Positions 1 to 10,900 of a DNA stretch of 39,344 bases are shown one piece after another; within the stretch, counting starts at the first letter, position 1; the number at the start of each line of letters is the position of its first letter. The stretch covers positions 1 through 39,344 of the forward strand of contig JAUCBJ010006645.1 in the NCBI GenBank assembly GCA_032718475.1, written 5' to 3'. The DNA comes from Nemertoderma westbladi (lineage: Eukaryota; Animalia; Xenacoelomorpha). Below the pieces are notes generated by a model. It searched no databases, was not told where the DNA came from, and saw nothing but the letters and a program-made list of their open reading frames with translations. Position numbers and translations under genes: made by a program.

Positions 1-135
1 TACGGTACGGTACGGTACGGTACGGTACGGTACGGTACGGTACGGTACGGTACGGTACGGTACGGTACGGTACGGTACGGTACGGTACGGTACGGTACGG
101 TACGGTACGGTACGGTACGGTGCGGTACGGTACGG
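1..135 (+). repeat. (TACGG)n pentanucleotide microsatellite, ~27 copies, runs off the window start
   Basis: Direct reading; one TGCGG variant at 121-125. Confidence 0.97.
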
Positions 136-1630
136 TTTCACTCATCGCTCCGTTCGTTCGTGTAGGCCTAAATATTAACACTAAAGGTACAGGTACAAAG
201 GTAGGATAAAGGTACAATATACACATTATAATATGTTGGTTTATTGTTCAATTTCGGGATTACTTAACAAGATGTATAATATATATATATACTGTATAAA
301 AGTATATTATAGGCCATTTTTATATTATTTGTATTTGTTCACGATTCACGAACATTTTCGCTATTGTATATCAAATTTCTAGAACTATGTTCTAGACCTC
401 TTTATGTGACAAAAAATTCTGGAACATTTTTATAAACCAGCAAACATGTGCCAGAACAACAATTTAAAAATAACAAAAAGACTAGCTTGTATTCACTTTG
501 AACTAATTTCAAAAAATGTAATTGTTAGTGTAGTAATCCCAATCCAATATACGAGAATAACCGAGAATATGCAATGAATGCAATAAATTACATGATTATG
601 AGAGTAACAACCGGAGATGACTTACGGTATGGCTATAGCGTGCGTGATGGTATGACATGGTTACAAAGCCATCTAAAAGGTCTGAACGCATATTAGAATG
701 TTAAATATGTATCAGCAGAACGAACAATGATGCAATAACCTTCAGTGGGAATGCAATAATACAGTAAGGACAATGCATTTGGTTATTCGTTACTATAGAA
801 GGGGAAATACCGGTAATAATACGTGTAACCTATATTGAGAGTAGTCAGATGTTGGTGCCAATTTATTGCGGTATATAAGATTATGTTTTAGGAATATATA
901 ATATTATGGTTTTGTTCAGAAATGGAAAAAATGAGAAAGCGCGTCACCGGGGGTTGAACCAGCGCTATACGTACTGTATTATATCTTTAATTAATAATAT
1001 AACATATTATAACAAAATATTGCATCTTTAATTACAGTTGCATTAACAGCTCAACTCCAATTTATTTATGTTTTATGAAACTAGTTTATTCAATGGGTGC
1101 ATTTCTACAATAAATATCACCTCTCTCTCTATTGTGTTACTATCTCTCTCCTTACTATATGTAACTTATATTGTATTATTGGTGATTACGCTACTTCGCA
1201 CCGTCAGTGGCGGATCTAGGAATTTATGAAGGGGGGGGGGGGGGGGGGGGGCACTTTACACATAGTCCTCTCATATCATGCCCCCCCCCTATTCAATTCA
1301 ATTAAATTAAATTTTAATGTAGCTCTTCTAAAGGTCTAGATTACTGCATGAGATACAAATTAATATAGGAGTACTTACGACAATAGACATAATTAAACCA
1401 GTGTTATGGAATGGAGAGATCATTATAGTCCAGGAGAAATGGGGTCGAACCATAAAGTAGGATACGGACGCAATTTTTTGGATTAAATTATACTATGGGG
1501 GCAGAGTAACACAAAACGGGCCATAACAACTTCTGAGACCTTGAGCAATTTTTTTTATGCAACTTTCTATTTGAGAGTTAACATTACATTTTAAACTCTA
1601 TTTCAGCAATAGTTTTACGTACATAGTCGT

Positions 1631-2835
1631 TGTTCGCGCTTTCAGACCTTTGGCAGTTTAATCCGCCAAATTAAGATGTCTTCTAGATATTAAATCGCTT
1701 TTTAGCCTATGACAAGTATTTGATTCACTACACTAGTCGAAACCAATCTGTGCGCGATCATTCACCCGCTGGATATTCCCGGGAGATTGGGTTCGACGGT
1801 TTAATTTTATTGCTATGTAAGCCTAATGTATTATTCGACTGACAGTATTATATAATCTCTGACAATATTATTCACCTTCGGGAATATTAACAGTTCCTTT
1901 AGGACGTGGCGCTTTATCTATATAAACAGAGTTATGACTTAAACTACTCACAACGATATGGCTTAATTATAATTCACATATATGGCGCATTCTTTAGGAA
2001 ATGCTTCTTTAACAGACTCACTCATACACAATGCTGCACAATACTGCACACTAATCTGCCAATCTTCACTGATTTTAGTCACATATAAAAGGAACACAGA
2101 CTGACTCATGTAGGGTCTATCAAATAACATTAGATTCACTTCAAACCACTTTAACATAAGTCACAATCGTTATTGGTAACCTTTCTCTCTTACCTTCGGT
2201 ATATCAAGAATATTGGGTTTCGGGGTTATTTCTCGTTATTCCAATATAATAATTCATCAACAAATATAATGAATAACCGACAACAAATAGCAGTATACAG
2301 TATCGATTGAGCAGGTAATTTTAGCAGTTTCAGCAGTTATACGTCAGTTATTAAAAGCCGTGTGGTACGGTGTGTCAAATGCGTTAAAGGATATATGTCC
2401 TTATAATTAAACCTACTAGTGTTGAGCTAAAAAGCAGAAAGCATAAAACACTACAAAGCCGTTCTTTCGTGGCTTTGAAAAACTCGTGACTACTACTCTA
2501 TACGAGGATACCAACTACCCTTATTCCACGAAGCTCCCGTTCAACACAGAGAAAGAGCAGTGAGATAGGAAAATTTCAGTTCAGTAGCTCTGTGATAGGT
2601 CAAAATCAAGGCTAACTCAAATTCTATTGGGAGATACAAAAACAAGGCTATGACGCAACCTTCCTAGGCTGGTTGGCTGATTAAACAGAGCCCAGATACC
2701 TGCGTACAGCAAATCAGCCAATAAGCTGGTAGCTTGCACTATTTTAGCTATAGATCCCCTTGAGAGTATTCTAGCGACCGGGGGGGAACTGGCCAACAAG
2801 GCAAACGAATCAGTTATCCCACAAAAGCTTTTACA
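1631..2835 (-). repeat. 3' LTR (1205 bp)
   Basis: TGTTCGCG...TTTTACA on +; matches 16265-17470 apart from a 1-nt indel near 1677 and a G/A change at 2169 seen by eye. Confidence 0.97.
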
Positions 2836-2843
2836 CCGCTCCC
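2836..2843 (-). promoter_or_regulatory. Polypurine tract (GGGAGCGG) abutting the 3' LTR
   Basis: Minus strand reads ...TTCTGGGAGCGG|TGTAAAAG; short G-rich tract at the expected position. Confidence 0.75.
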
Positions 2844-3936
2844 AGAAAATGGGATTTAAGTCTATAAAATATACAAAATCACAGTTTCTAATATACATAA
2901 ATACTCTAAACAGTTAGTCTTTCTTGCGCGGACGGCGTTTACGCAGTTTTTAAAGCTAGCAAGAGTCATTTTCTCTTTGGGGGAAGCCACTTTACTAGGA
3001 GGGCCATAACTCCTGGGTGAAGGGTGCAATATGATTGCATTAAAAGGTTTGGGTTTACGGTCGGTGTCTCGTCCATTTCGATATGCTTCTCCTCGAGCTG
3101 ATTTTCCTCCGCTTGTCATGGGATACGTTCGTCCAAAACTCTCGCAGAGAATAGGGTTTTCTAAGCTTGATATCTTCTTTGAGATTCGAGGTTTCCCAAT
3201 CGAACTGAGATAAGGCCAATTTGTTTATCGATTGGACTTACTGTTGTAACTTACGTTTATCTGAACAAACGCAGGTTTCTTTTTGATCTTTATAGAATAG
3301 CGTTTAACTCGTTTCGTACAACGCTCTCCTTCACCTTGATGAAGGGTTGTATCGCGTTAAACGGGACGACCATACGGTTGGATAGTGATATTAGGTGTCT
3401 GCGTCATAATCCAGCTAGGTAAGATGGGCGGCTAGCTAGAAATCACTGTCGGAGTGTTACCGATTAATTGTTAGGGTAGCACTAGATCTTGAACAGTGAA
3501 TACCGTCCGCGAGGATCCGCGACACCACCAGGATCGCAGGTCTGAGGTCCAACTAAGGAATGAGGAGGTTTGACCGAGTATTCCGGGACTCTGATCGTAG
3601 GTTTACTCTAGGATCGTTAGAGCCGAGTGAGCATAGGTGATACGTCAAACAAGTTTCGCTCGAAACTCCAGTAAATATAACGAACACAACTGTGTTTAAC
3701 ACAACGTTTCCGTGGATGTTTATGTCTTTCCGTTTATTGGCTGGGTCTAGGGCATTTACCGTAATAATACCAAAGACGCACGTCTGGTAGGGGAAACGCG
3801 GATGATATTTATTTGTTGTTACAATGCTTCTATCAAGAATTCCAAATATATGTTGGAGTTACCGCGTTTATTTGTTTCTTTAATGTCTTTTCTTTCGAGC
3901 CGATTTCGAATAGAATTTTCGCATTCGAATTTCAGT

Positions 3937-4269
3937 TTATGGTTCCGACTCCGCTGGGCAGGATATATAGTCGACATAGTCCGTATTGTGTAAATTGATA
4001 GAATGACCAGTAGTTAAGAAGCCCATATACGTACCATTACGCTGCGTATATCGAGCAGCGAATTTTCTATAGTCCAACTCTCGCGAGAGCTGCACTTGGG
4101 ACATTGTCGGTTCGATATAACGACCATCGTCCTCTGCAGCAGTTGGACTAACGTCGCCGCGTATTAAGCTATCAACAAACGCTTGTAAAAGTAGAGTATA
4201 TCGCTCCCCGATACCAAGACCATCTTCTATCAACTCCGTCATGTCTGCTATATATGAGTTTATCCACAT
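3937..4269 (-). CDS. Possible accessory ORF (110 aa, unknown function) between integrase and the 3' LTR
   Basis: ATG-initiated, same strand as pol, protein-like composition, preceded by strong stem-loops; no recognisable domain. Confidence 0.35.
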   Translation of the reverse strand: MWINSYIADMTELIEDGLGIGERYTLLLQAFVDSLIRGDVSPTAAEDDGRYIEPTMSQVQLSRELDYRKFAARYTQRNGTYMGFLTTGHSINLHNTDYVDYISCPAESEP

Positions 4270-5064
4270 TATAAGGAGTTTATATTTAGGCTAGCGAGCG
4301 TCGCTGCCTACTCCAATTAACCCCCGGACAGTACGAGATCCTCAGCGCCGATGTGTCGTCGCCGCTGTACTTTCGCCAACGACGTAGCCGCACAACGACA
4401 ACGACAACCGGCACAAGTCACTCGACTGTCCGTCCCAAAGGCTTAGATGTACTTCAGGTTTTCCTTGGAGAGTTAGGTTACTTTTACGATTGCGACTAGC
4501 TACTGTAAACACACCTTAGCAGTAACATTCACCTATAAACTCACAAATACCACACACACAACTTGTCACAAATTAGACACATTCGGGCCATTTGTCCGTT
4601 AGTCAATGCCTTCCAGAATGTCACTGTATTATTATGTATCCTTGGATACTAGTGCACTATTTATTCCCTATGCTATTCAATGGGACAAGCTTTCTATTGT
4701 TCTTTTAACTCAATTCTAATTCTAGCGTGGTTGTTGCTATGGTGACATTATGCAAAGCTAGCGGTAGAATTAGGGTAATTCCAATGCATACAGATCTGGG
4801 ATGTTATTTAATAGTATTCTTTAATAGTCAATGTTCTGTTTTATACATGACTTTATGAATTTTATCGGCTATTGACTATGTTTGGGAGACTTTCACACAC
4901 TCATACGCATGATAAGATAAATCTCCGCTCCCTTGATCTATTAATTAATGGAATTTTGGGAACTTTATAAATTGCGTAAAAATGGCAATTTATTAAATTC
5001 ATTAAAAGGCATGAATTTAAATTGATTCCCTGAAATTTTATTATTTGATAATTAAATGGACATA

Positions 5065-5360
5065 TTTGGATTCCAGAACATGTCTGGGGACACAAGATCC
5101 TTAATTCTATGACAATTGTCTTTTTAAGAATATCGGTAAATGCTACGATATCTTAATTGACTAGAATTATTGAAGGATCTGAATTTTACAGATTTTGATT
5201 TATTAGATTTTGCAAATATTAATTAATTAATATTTGAGATGGGCACCGATTTATTCCAGAACTTGTCTGGGGACGTTAACCACTGATTCTAGAATTTGTC
5301 TTTCAAGTATATCGGTGGGTGCCGCGATATCTTAATCGACTAGAATTACAGATGGTCAAA
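5065..5360. repeat. Diverged duplication (~183-bp period) of a two-hairpin module
   Basis: TTCCAGAAC(A/T)TGTCTGGGGAC at 5071 and 5254; CGATATCTTAAT(T/C)GACTAGAATTA in both copies. Confidence 0.8.
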
Positions 5361-5893
5361 GGGTTTAACAGATTTATTTTGCGTTATACGCTACTGTTAA
5401 AGGGACATCACGCTACTATATGTATTATTTAATATACGGTATGAGAGCAATATCGCACGAAGCAATGTCAGTGTGAAGAGGCAAGTCGTTTCCAAGGTCT
5501 ACCCAGAGCTTGGTTTAGCCGAGACACGAGGATCTGAACTTTGCATTCCTAATACTCTGCCTACCAATAATACTTAAATATAGTAGTGGCTTTATTGTAC
5601 TTTAATAAGTACGGACATTTCATCTTACTGTAGTTACGTATTTATAATAGAATACGGGCAGTAAGGAAAGAGAAAAAATAATTATTTCTTCGCCGTCTCA
5701 CTAAATATAATATAAGTAATTACGTACGTAATAAACACGAACATATTGCACTATTCTACAAAATAATCGCTAAATAATATTCTACTAAATTAAATAAAAC
5801 GATTATAATAAAATTACATAGTAATACATACATAAATATAAAAATAATAAAATAATATAAAATAATAGAGTCACACGCCCACTCCGAACGATA

Positions 5894-7321
5894 TTAAGTT
5901 GGGGAGTCCCTAGATGTCGGTTGGATTAGGGAAGTGGTCGTGGGAAGAGTTTCTTGCCTTCCATAGTTTCCGGAGAGCTCTCTGTCTCTTTCCAGTAAAC
6001 ATAAACGACCCACTGGGCGATTGAGCTGTTGAGTCTCAAAGACTATCCCTGGTTTCTTAAAGTTCCGCCGCATGACGACGAGCTCTACTGATCGCACCAA
6101 ACCATCGCTCGAGATATAAGTCTCGATGATTCGTCCTGTTTGCCATCGCTTACGTGGGAGATCGGGGTCCACAATAAGCACCATGTCTCCAGCGCTGACG
6201 TTTTCTTGCTGCGCAAACCACTTAGTTCGAAGTTGTAGAGTGGGCAGGTAATGTTTCTCGAAATGGTCAGCGAAACGACGGGATAGCAACTGCATAAGTT
6301 GCCAGGTTCGACGGCAGTACTCGTCTCCGTCTGTGATCTCCGATCGTGGGAGCATGGCTACGGGTTTCTTCAGTAGAAAGTGCGCGGGTGTTAGCGCTTC
6401 CAGGGAATCAGGATTTGAAGAGACTGGCATAAGCGGTCTTTCGTTGAGATAGGCGGCGATTTCCTCCATTAACGTCCGCAATAGTTCGTCGGTGAGATAA
6501 GCGCGACAAGGTACAATAAAATGGAACGCAGTCTTCACGCTCCTAATCAATCTCTCCCAACTTCCTCCCCACCAAGGGGCGTCGGCGGCGTTGAAGGTCC
6601 AGCTAGACGCTGTTATCCTTAGCTGATCGTCCACCTGTCTTTTGTTCCAGTCCTTTACGTAAGCTTGAATTTCGTTGTTGGCGCCAATGAAGTTCGTTCC
6701 CTTATCCGATCTCATCGTGTTACTGGTTCCGAAGCGAGCGATCTGTCGTCGTAAACTCAACACGAAGCTGTTGGTGGATAGATCGTTTACCATATCGAGA
6801 TGGATAGCTCTACAAGTCATACAAACGAAGATGACACACCATCTCTTGACTATAGTCCGGGCACGATATACTTCAATAGGGCCAAATAAATCCACACCGG
6901 TATTAGTAAAGGGTGGTTCATAGAAGCTTACTCTTTCCCTAGGTAATTCTGCCTCTCGCTGTGTTAAAGGCCTACTGAATGCTTTCCTACAGGGTATGCA
7001 GTTCCTAAGAACTTGGTTCAGAGCACTACGGGGTTTATAAAAATAGTAGCGAGTTCGGATTTCGCTCAGAACTCGTTCTCTACCAGCATGGTACAGTTTG
7101 CTATGAACATCTACAATTATCTTGATTTGTATGTCAAGATTTCTAATGAGGATGGGAAACTTAGTGTCAAAGGATAATGGGGCGTTGGTCAGCCTACCTC
7201 CAACACGTATTAACCCATCTATCATGGTACTAGAGAAGCGATCCCTTAAGCGCATCTGCGGATTTCTTAACAACAGGAAATACTTATCGGAATCCTCATA
7301 GCATTGTAGGAGTCTCAGCAT
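5894..7321 (-). CDS. Integrase (HHCC + DDE + C-terminal domain), in frame with RT-RH across the TAG at 7322-7324
   Basis: DGLIRVGGRL, H..LYH...CIPC, GVDLFGP, RSDKGTNF, WGGSWERLIRSVK, LNERPL, LTPAHFL, DGLVRSV. Confidence 0.95.
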   Translation of the reverse strand: MLRLLQCYEDSDKYFLLLRNPQMRLRDRFSSTMIDGLIRVGGRLTNAPLSFDTKFPILIRNLDIQIKIIVDVHSKLYHAGRERVLSEIRTRYYFYKPRSALNQVLRNCIPCRKAFSRPLTQREAELPRERVSFYEPPFTNTGVDLFGPIEVYRARTIVKRWCVIFVCMTCRAIHLDMVNDLSTNSFVLSLRRQIARFGTSNTMRSDKGTNFIGANNEIQAYVKDWNKRQVDDQLRITASSWTFNAADAPWWGGSWERLIRSVKTAFHFIVPCRAYLTDELLRTLMEEIAAYLNERPLMPVSSNPDSLEALTPAHFLLKKPVAMLPRSEITDGDEYCRRTWQLMQLLSRRFADHFEKHYLPTLQLRTKWFAQQENVSAGDMVLIVDPDLPRKRWQTGRIIETYISSDGLVRSVELVVMRRNFKKPGIVFETQQLNRPVGRLCLLERDRELSGNYGRQETLPTTTSLIQPTSRDSPT

Positions 7322-10300
7322 CTATTTGTTGGTTTCATCATGCTCCTGGTAACTGATCTTCTCCTTTAGAAACCTGTCGGATATCTTGTATTTGGGGAGA
7401 TCTTTAACAACATGGACTCGTGCAGATGTTGATGGAGCATCATCACTATTGGTCTTTGTCCCGGAGTAACGATGATGAAAACATCGTTTCAAATAGGTAA
7501 CAGCTTTACAGAGCCGATTCCAGGAACTGTAGTGACGTATCGCTCTCTGCAAGAGAGGTGAGAGTCCTTGCGAGATATCTGGTATTCCAGATTTCCAATC
7601 CTTGTCACGGATTTCCAAGACTTCTTTAGTCGTGGCGGTGGGTTTCTGATCCAAAGCATCATCTCCGGAAGTAAATAATACAGATAGATCAACCGCAGGT
7701 TTAAACAACTTCGATTTACTCGCTCGAGTTTTGGGTTTAACTTTCTCCGCTCCCTTGGCCTGTCTGATCTCTGCTGTTGTGAGATGGGGAGGCCATTCTT
7801 CTTCTTCTCTGTAGAGAAAGTCGGGTCCTCCTAACCATTCGGGAGTATTTACCAATTCCTTTGGAGTCGCTCCTCGGGAAGCGATGTCTGCTGGGTTAAT
7901 CGTTCCGGGGCAATGTCTCCATTGGTCCATCGTCGTGCGACTAAGTATGATGGCTACCCTGTTGGTAACGAAGACGCTGAACTGACAGACTTCATTGGTT
8001 ATATACTCTAACACGAGTAAAGCGTCGGTCCAATAGACAGTTTTCTCTAATGTATAGTCAATCTGTTCGGTTACATTCCGGCCGATGGCTGTAGCGTATA
8101 GAGCCGCTTTTAACTCTGCTCGAGGAACTTTCAACTTGTTGTTGATTAATGCCTTAGAAGTAACCAAGGCGACTTTGATTCCATCCGGAGTTTCCACTCT
8201 TAGGTAGGCTACTATACCGATTCCCATATCGCTGGCGTCTCCAAACACATGGAGTTGATAGGAATACGTAGGGAGAACATGACCAAAATATGAACGGGAA
8301 ATTATAAAATCCTCGATAACTGGCAGAGAATCTTCCCATTTCATCCACTGCTTCAATAATTCCCCCTTAAGTGGATCGTCCCATGAGTGGTTTTCAAGCC
8401 ACATTTGCTGTACCAAACTACGAGCAATCAATATAACTGGGCTAATAAATCCCAATGGATCGAAATAAGTGCTCAGTATACTTAAGCAAATCCGTTTGGT
8501 TCGAACTGGATTATCTCGCTGTTTTAGCTGGAAAAACAGGATATCTCGCTCTGTGTCCCATTTCAAGCCGAGTGTCTTGGTCTCTGGCAGATCATCTTTG
8601 ATCAAATCGAGATCTTTCGCTCCTCGATCTTCCGCAGGGATCGACTCCAGAAACTCACGGGAGTTGCTGGTGAATTTGGTTAATCGAAATCCACCTCTTT
8701 TTAAGCACTCTACCGTTCCCTTAGCGACCTCAATGGCTTCCTCAACTGATGGGAGGGACTTCAGATTGTTGTCCATGTATATGTCTCTCTTGATGTTGTC
8801 GATCACTTCCTTAGAGAATGCCTCTCGGTTGTCCTCTGCAGTAGTACGCACTACCGAACAGGCGTTGGAAGGGCTTGAGATTATCCCAAAGGCCTGGATG
8901 GTCATCCAGTACTCCACCGGTTTCTGGTTGAGGTCTCCTTCGGGCCACCACAAAAATCGTAGACTATCTCGATCCCTATCTAACACCTTGACTTGTAAGA
9001 ACATGCCTTCTATATCGGAGGCGAAAGCAATCGAATATTGTCTCAATCTTAAAAGAATTCCCAACAAAGATTGAAGCAAGTTGGGTCCGGGTAACAATTC
9101 AGAGTTAAGGGATTGACCCATGTAAAGAGCGGAGCCATCAAACACTACTCTCACTTCGTGTGGCTTACCGGGTTTAGGAACGTAATGGTGAGTTAAGTAA
9201 TACGTTCTTTCAGTCACAGGTGTTTCTTCCGGTACTCTCTCCGCGTATCCCTTACTAATAAATTTCTCCAGCTGTGTTTGATACATTGCTTTAGCTGAAG
9301 AATTAGCCGTAAGGCGTCGATGGAGTTGCGCGATTCTTTTTTCCGCCAAAGGTCTGTTATTGATGAACTTCGGTTCTCTCTTGCGAAAAGGTAAACCGAC
9401 TTCGTACCTTCCTTGATCTTTGAGGAAACGTGTAGTTGTCTCTTGGATCTGCTTGGCCCTTTCCTCTTCCACCGACAAGGCTTTATCGTAGGAATTGGGC
9501 TCTACCGCCTCTTGCGTAAAGAATCGTACAGCATGTTCATCTCGAGTCTTGGCATTGCAATGCTCAATGACGTCATTTAACTCGTCGTTATAAGCTTCTC
9601 GTTCAGATGGATAGAGAAGTTGACATAAGTTAACTTGGTTTTGCCAAGCCTCGTTTTCCTTAAGGAGATCGATGGTATTCTCCTCATCAAAAAGCTGGTG
9701 AACGTCGTCGTTATCTGAGGAGTATGGAATTCCCTCAGTTGAATCGTCTCCCTCACTAGCATCATCTTCCCATTCACTCACCTGGCAGACTCTCTCTTGC
9801 TGTAGTCTTTCTCTGAGTGTTCTACGGGAAGGGCCAGTAAAGTACCAACCTACTCTAGTTCTTACCGCATAGGTCTGTAGGGGCTGCGGTTGAGCAGGCC
9901 GTTTCTCTAATGTCTCCAGCGCCTCATGCGCGTTTTGGCCGATGAGTATTTGCACTCCAGGATAATCAGTCTGGAATCGAGGTATGTTAAGATGTTGGAT
10001 GCTCTCATCCTCGTCCCAATTATAAAGGTCTGCTTGAGTAGTAGCGAAGTTCTTTATAGCCACCATTTTCACTGACCTTATGCTATGTTCTCCTAGTTCG
10101 TCTTGTGGGGTGGACAACGCTCCTACATAATAATCCGCTGTGATTGTAGATTTCCAAACTTGCATAATGCCTGACATGTTGAGCTTAGTTTGGAACTTGG
10201 GCTGTCCAGCAAATATATCTTCGGCTAGCTCTTTGTCGATGAATGTTCCTGTGCTGCCGGAGTCTAGGAGGGCGTTCACTACATAACTCCTCTTAGGTCC

Positions 10301-10900
10301 GTGAACCCTTACTTGCACCACAGGAAACTCTCGGATCCCTACATTGGAAGATGGCTCTTTCCAAGATGGTTGTCGTTCAGAAGTAGTTAGAGTGAAGTCG
10401 TTGTCTATATCCTTTTCATAGGTGAGTGCTTGATACACTGCGGTATTTATCATGTAACAGGATTCGTTTTCGTCGGAGAACTCGTCTGTATAGAATCCTT
10501 CCATCTCAGATTGATCAGTGTCGTTCACATCACTGAATTGGACATGTAGCTCGGAATCACTTACCTGATTCGGACTATTTCGATCGAATTCAGCGTGCAA
10601 CAAGATATGATGTTTCGCACCACACTTTGCACACCTTATGTCAGAGAAACAGGTTCGCCGTTGGTGTCCTTGTCTGAGGCAATTATAACATAACCGCTTA
10701 TCCCACATGACTTCGCGTCTCTCCGTTAATGATTTCTTTAGAAATTCATCACACCTATTCAAATGGTGGGTCCCGTCACACAGTGCACATTTTGGTTTGA
10801 TGTTACTTACCTTATTCTGAGTCACATTGTGTACACTTGCCTTTTCTTCGGGCTTTCTCACCTGAATTCTCTTGGGAGACGTGGGAGGAGTTTTTCTTAC
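7322..10900 (-). CDS. pol: Gag zinc knuckles + aspartic protease + reverse transcriptase + RNase H
   Basis: CALCDGTHHLNRC, CYNCLRQGHQRRTC, CAKCGAKHHILLH; ALLDSGST; RVVFDGS, DIEGMFLQV, FGIISSP, YMDN; HVFGDAS, PRAELKAA, YWTD, NPADIASRG. In frame with upstream gag across the TAG at 10901-10903. Confidence 0.95.
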   Translation of the reverse strand, partial: VRKTPPTSPKRIQVRKPEEKASVHNVTQNKVSNIKPKCALCDGTHHLNRCDEFLKKSLTERREVMWDKRLCYNCLRQGHQRRTCFSDIRCAKCGAKHHILLHAEFDRNSPNQVSDSELHVQFSDVNDTDQSEMEGFYTDEFSDENESCYMINTAVYQALTYEKDIDNDFTLTTSERQPSWKEPSSNVGIREFPVVQVRVHGPKRSYVVNALLDSGSTGTFIDKELAEDIFAGQPKFQTKLNMSGIMQVWKSTITADYYVGALSTPQDELGEHSIRSVKMVAIKNFATTQADLYNWDEDESIQHLNIPRFQTDYPGVQILIGQNAHEALETLEKRPAQPQPLQTYAVRTRVGWYFTGPSRRTLRERLQQERVCQVSEWEDDASEGDDSTEGIPYSSDNDDVHQLFDEENTIDLLKENEAWQNQVNLCQLLYPSEREAYNDELNDVIEHCNAKTRDEHAVRFFTQEAVEPNSYDKALSVEEERAKQIQETTTRFLKDQGRYEVGLPFRKREPKFINNRPLAEKRIAQLHRRLTANSSAKAMYQTQLEKFISKGYAERVPEETPVTERTYYLTHHYVPKPGKPHEVRVVFDGSALYMGQSLNSELLPGPNLLQSLLGILLRLRQYSIAFASDIEGMFLQVKVLDRDRDSLRFLWWPEGDLNQKPVEYWMTIQAFGIISSPSNACSVVRTTAEDNREAFSKEVIDNIKRDIYMDNNLKSLPSVEEAIEVAKGTVECLKRGGFRLTKFTSNSREFLESIPAEDRGAKDLDLIKDDLPETKTLGLKWDTERDILFFQLKQRDNPVRTKRICLSILSTYFDPLGFISPVILIARSLVQQMWLENHSWDDPLKGELLKQWMKWEDSLPVIEDFIISRSYFGHVLPTYSYQLHVFGDASDMGIGIVAYLRVETPDGIKVALVTSKALINNKLKVPRAELKAALYATAIGRNVTEQIDYTLEKTVYWTDALLVLEYITNEVCQFSVFVTNRVAIILSRTTMDQWRHCPGTINPADIASRGATPKELVNTPEWLGGPDFLYREEEEWPPHLTTAEIRQAKGAEKVKPKTRASKSKLFKPAVDLSVLFTSGDDALDQKPTATTKEVLEIRDKDWKSGIPDISQGLSPLLQRAIRHYSSWNRLCKAVTYLKRCFHHRYSGTKTNSDDAPSTSARVHVVKDLPKYKISDRFLKEKISYQEHDETNK

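Noticed and set aside
1-135. (TACGG)n as a novel telomeric repeat
   Set aside because: The G-rich strand points into the window, the wrong orientation for a left chromosome end; context beyond the window is unknown.
1205-1260. hAT-like terminus CAGTGGCGGATCTAG plus poly-G
   Set aside because: No matching opposite TIR or TSD was found in the window.
4335-4380. Hammerhead ribozyme (minus-strand GAAA and CTGAGGA)
   Set aside because: The core motifs are present but I could not build stems I-III with a UH cleavage site in any permutation.
8766-8779. YMDN as an inactivating RT mutation
   Set aside because: Y.DN is a known natural variant in some BEL/Pao RTs, so it is not counted as a lesion.
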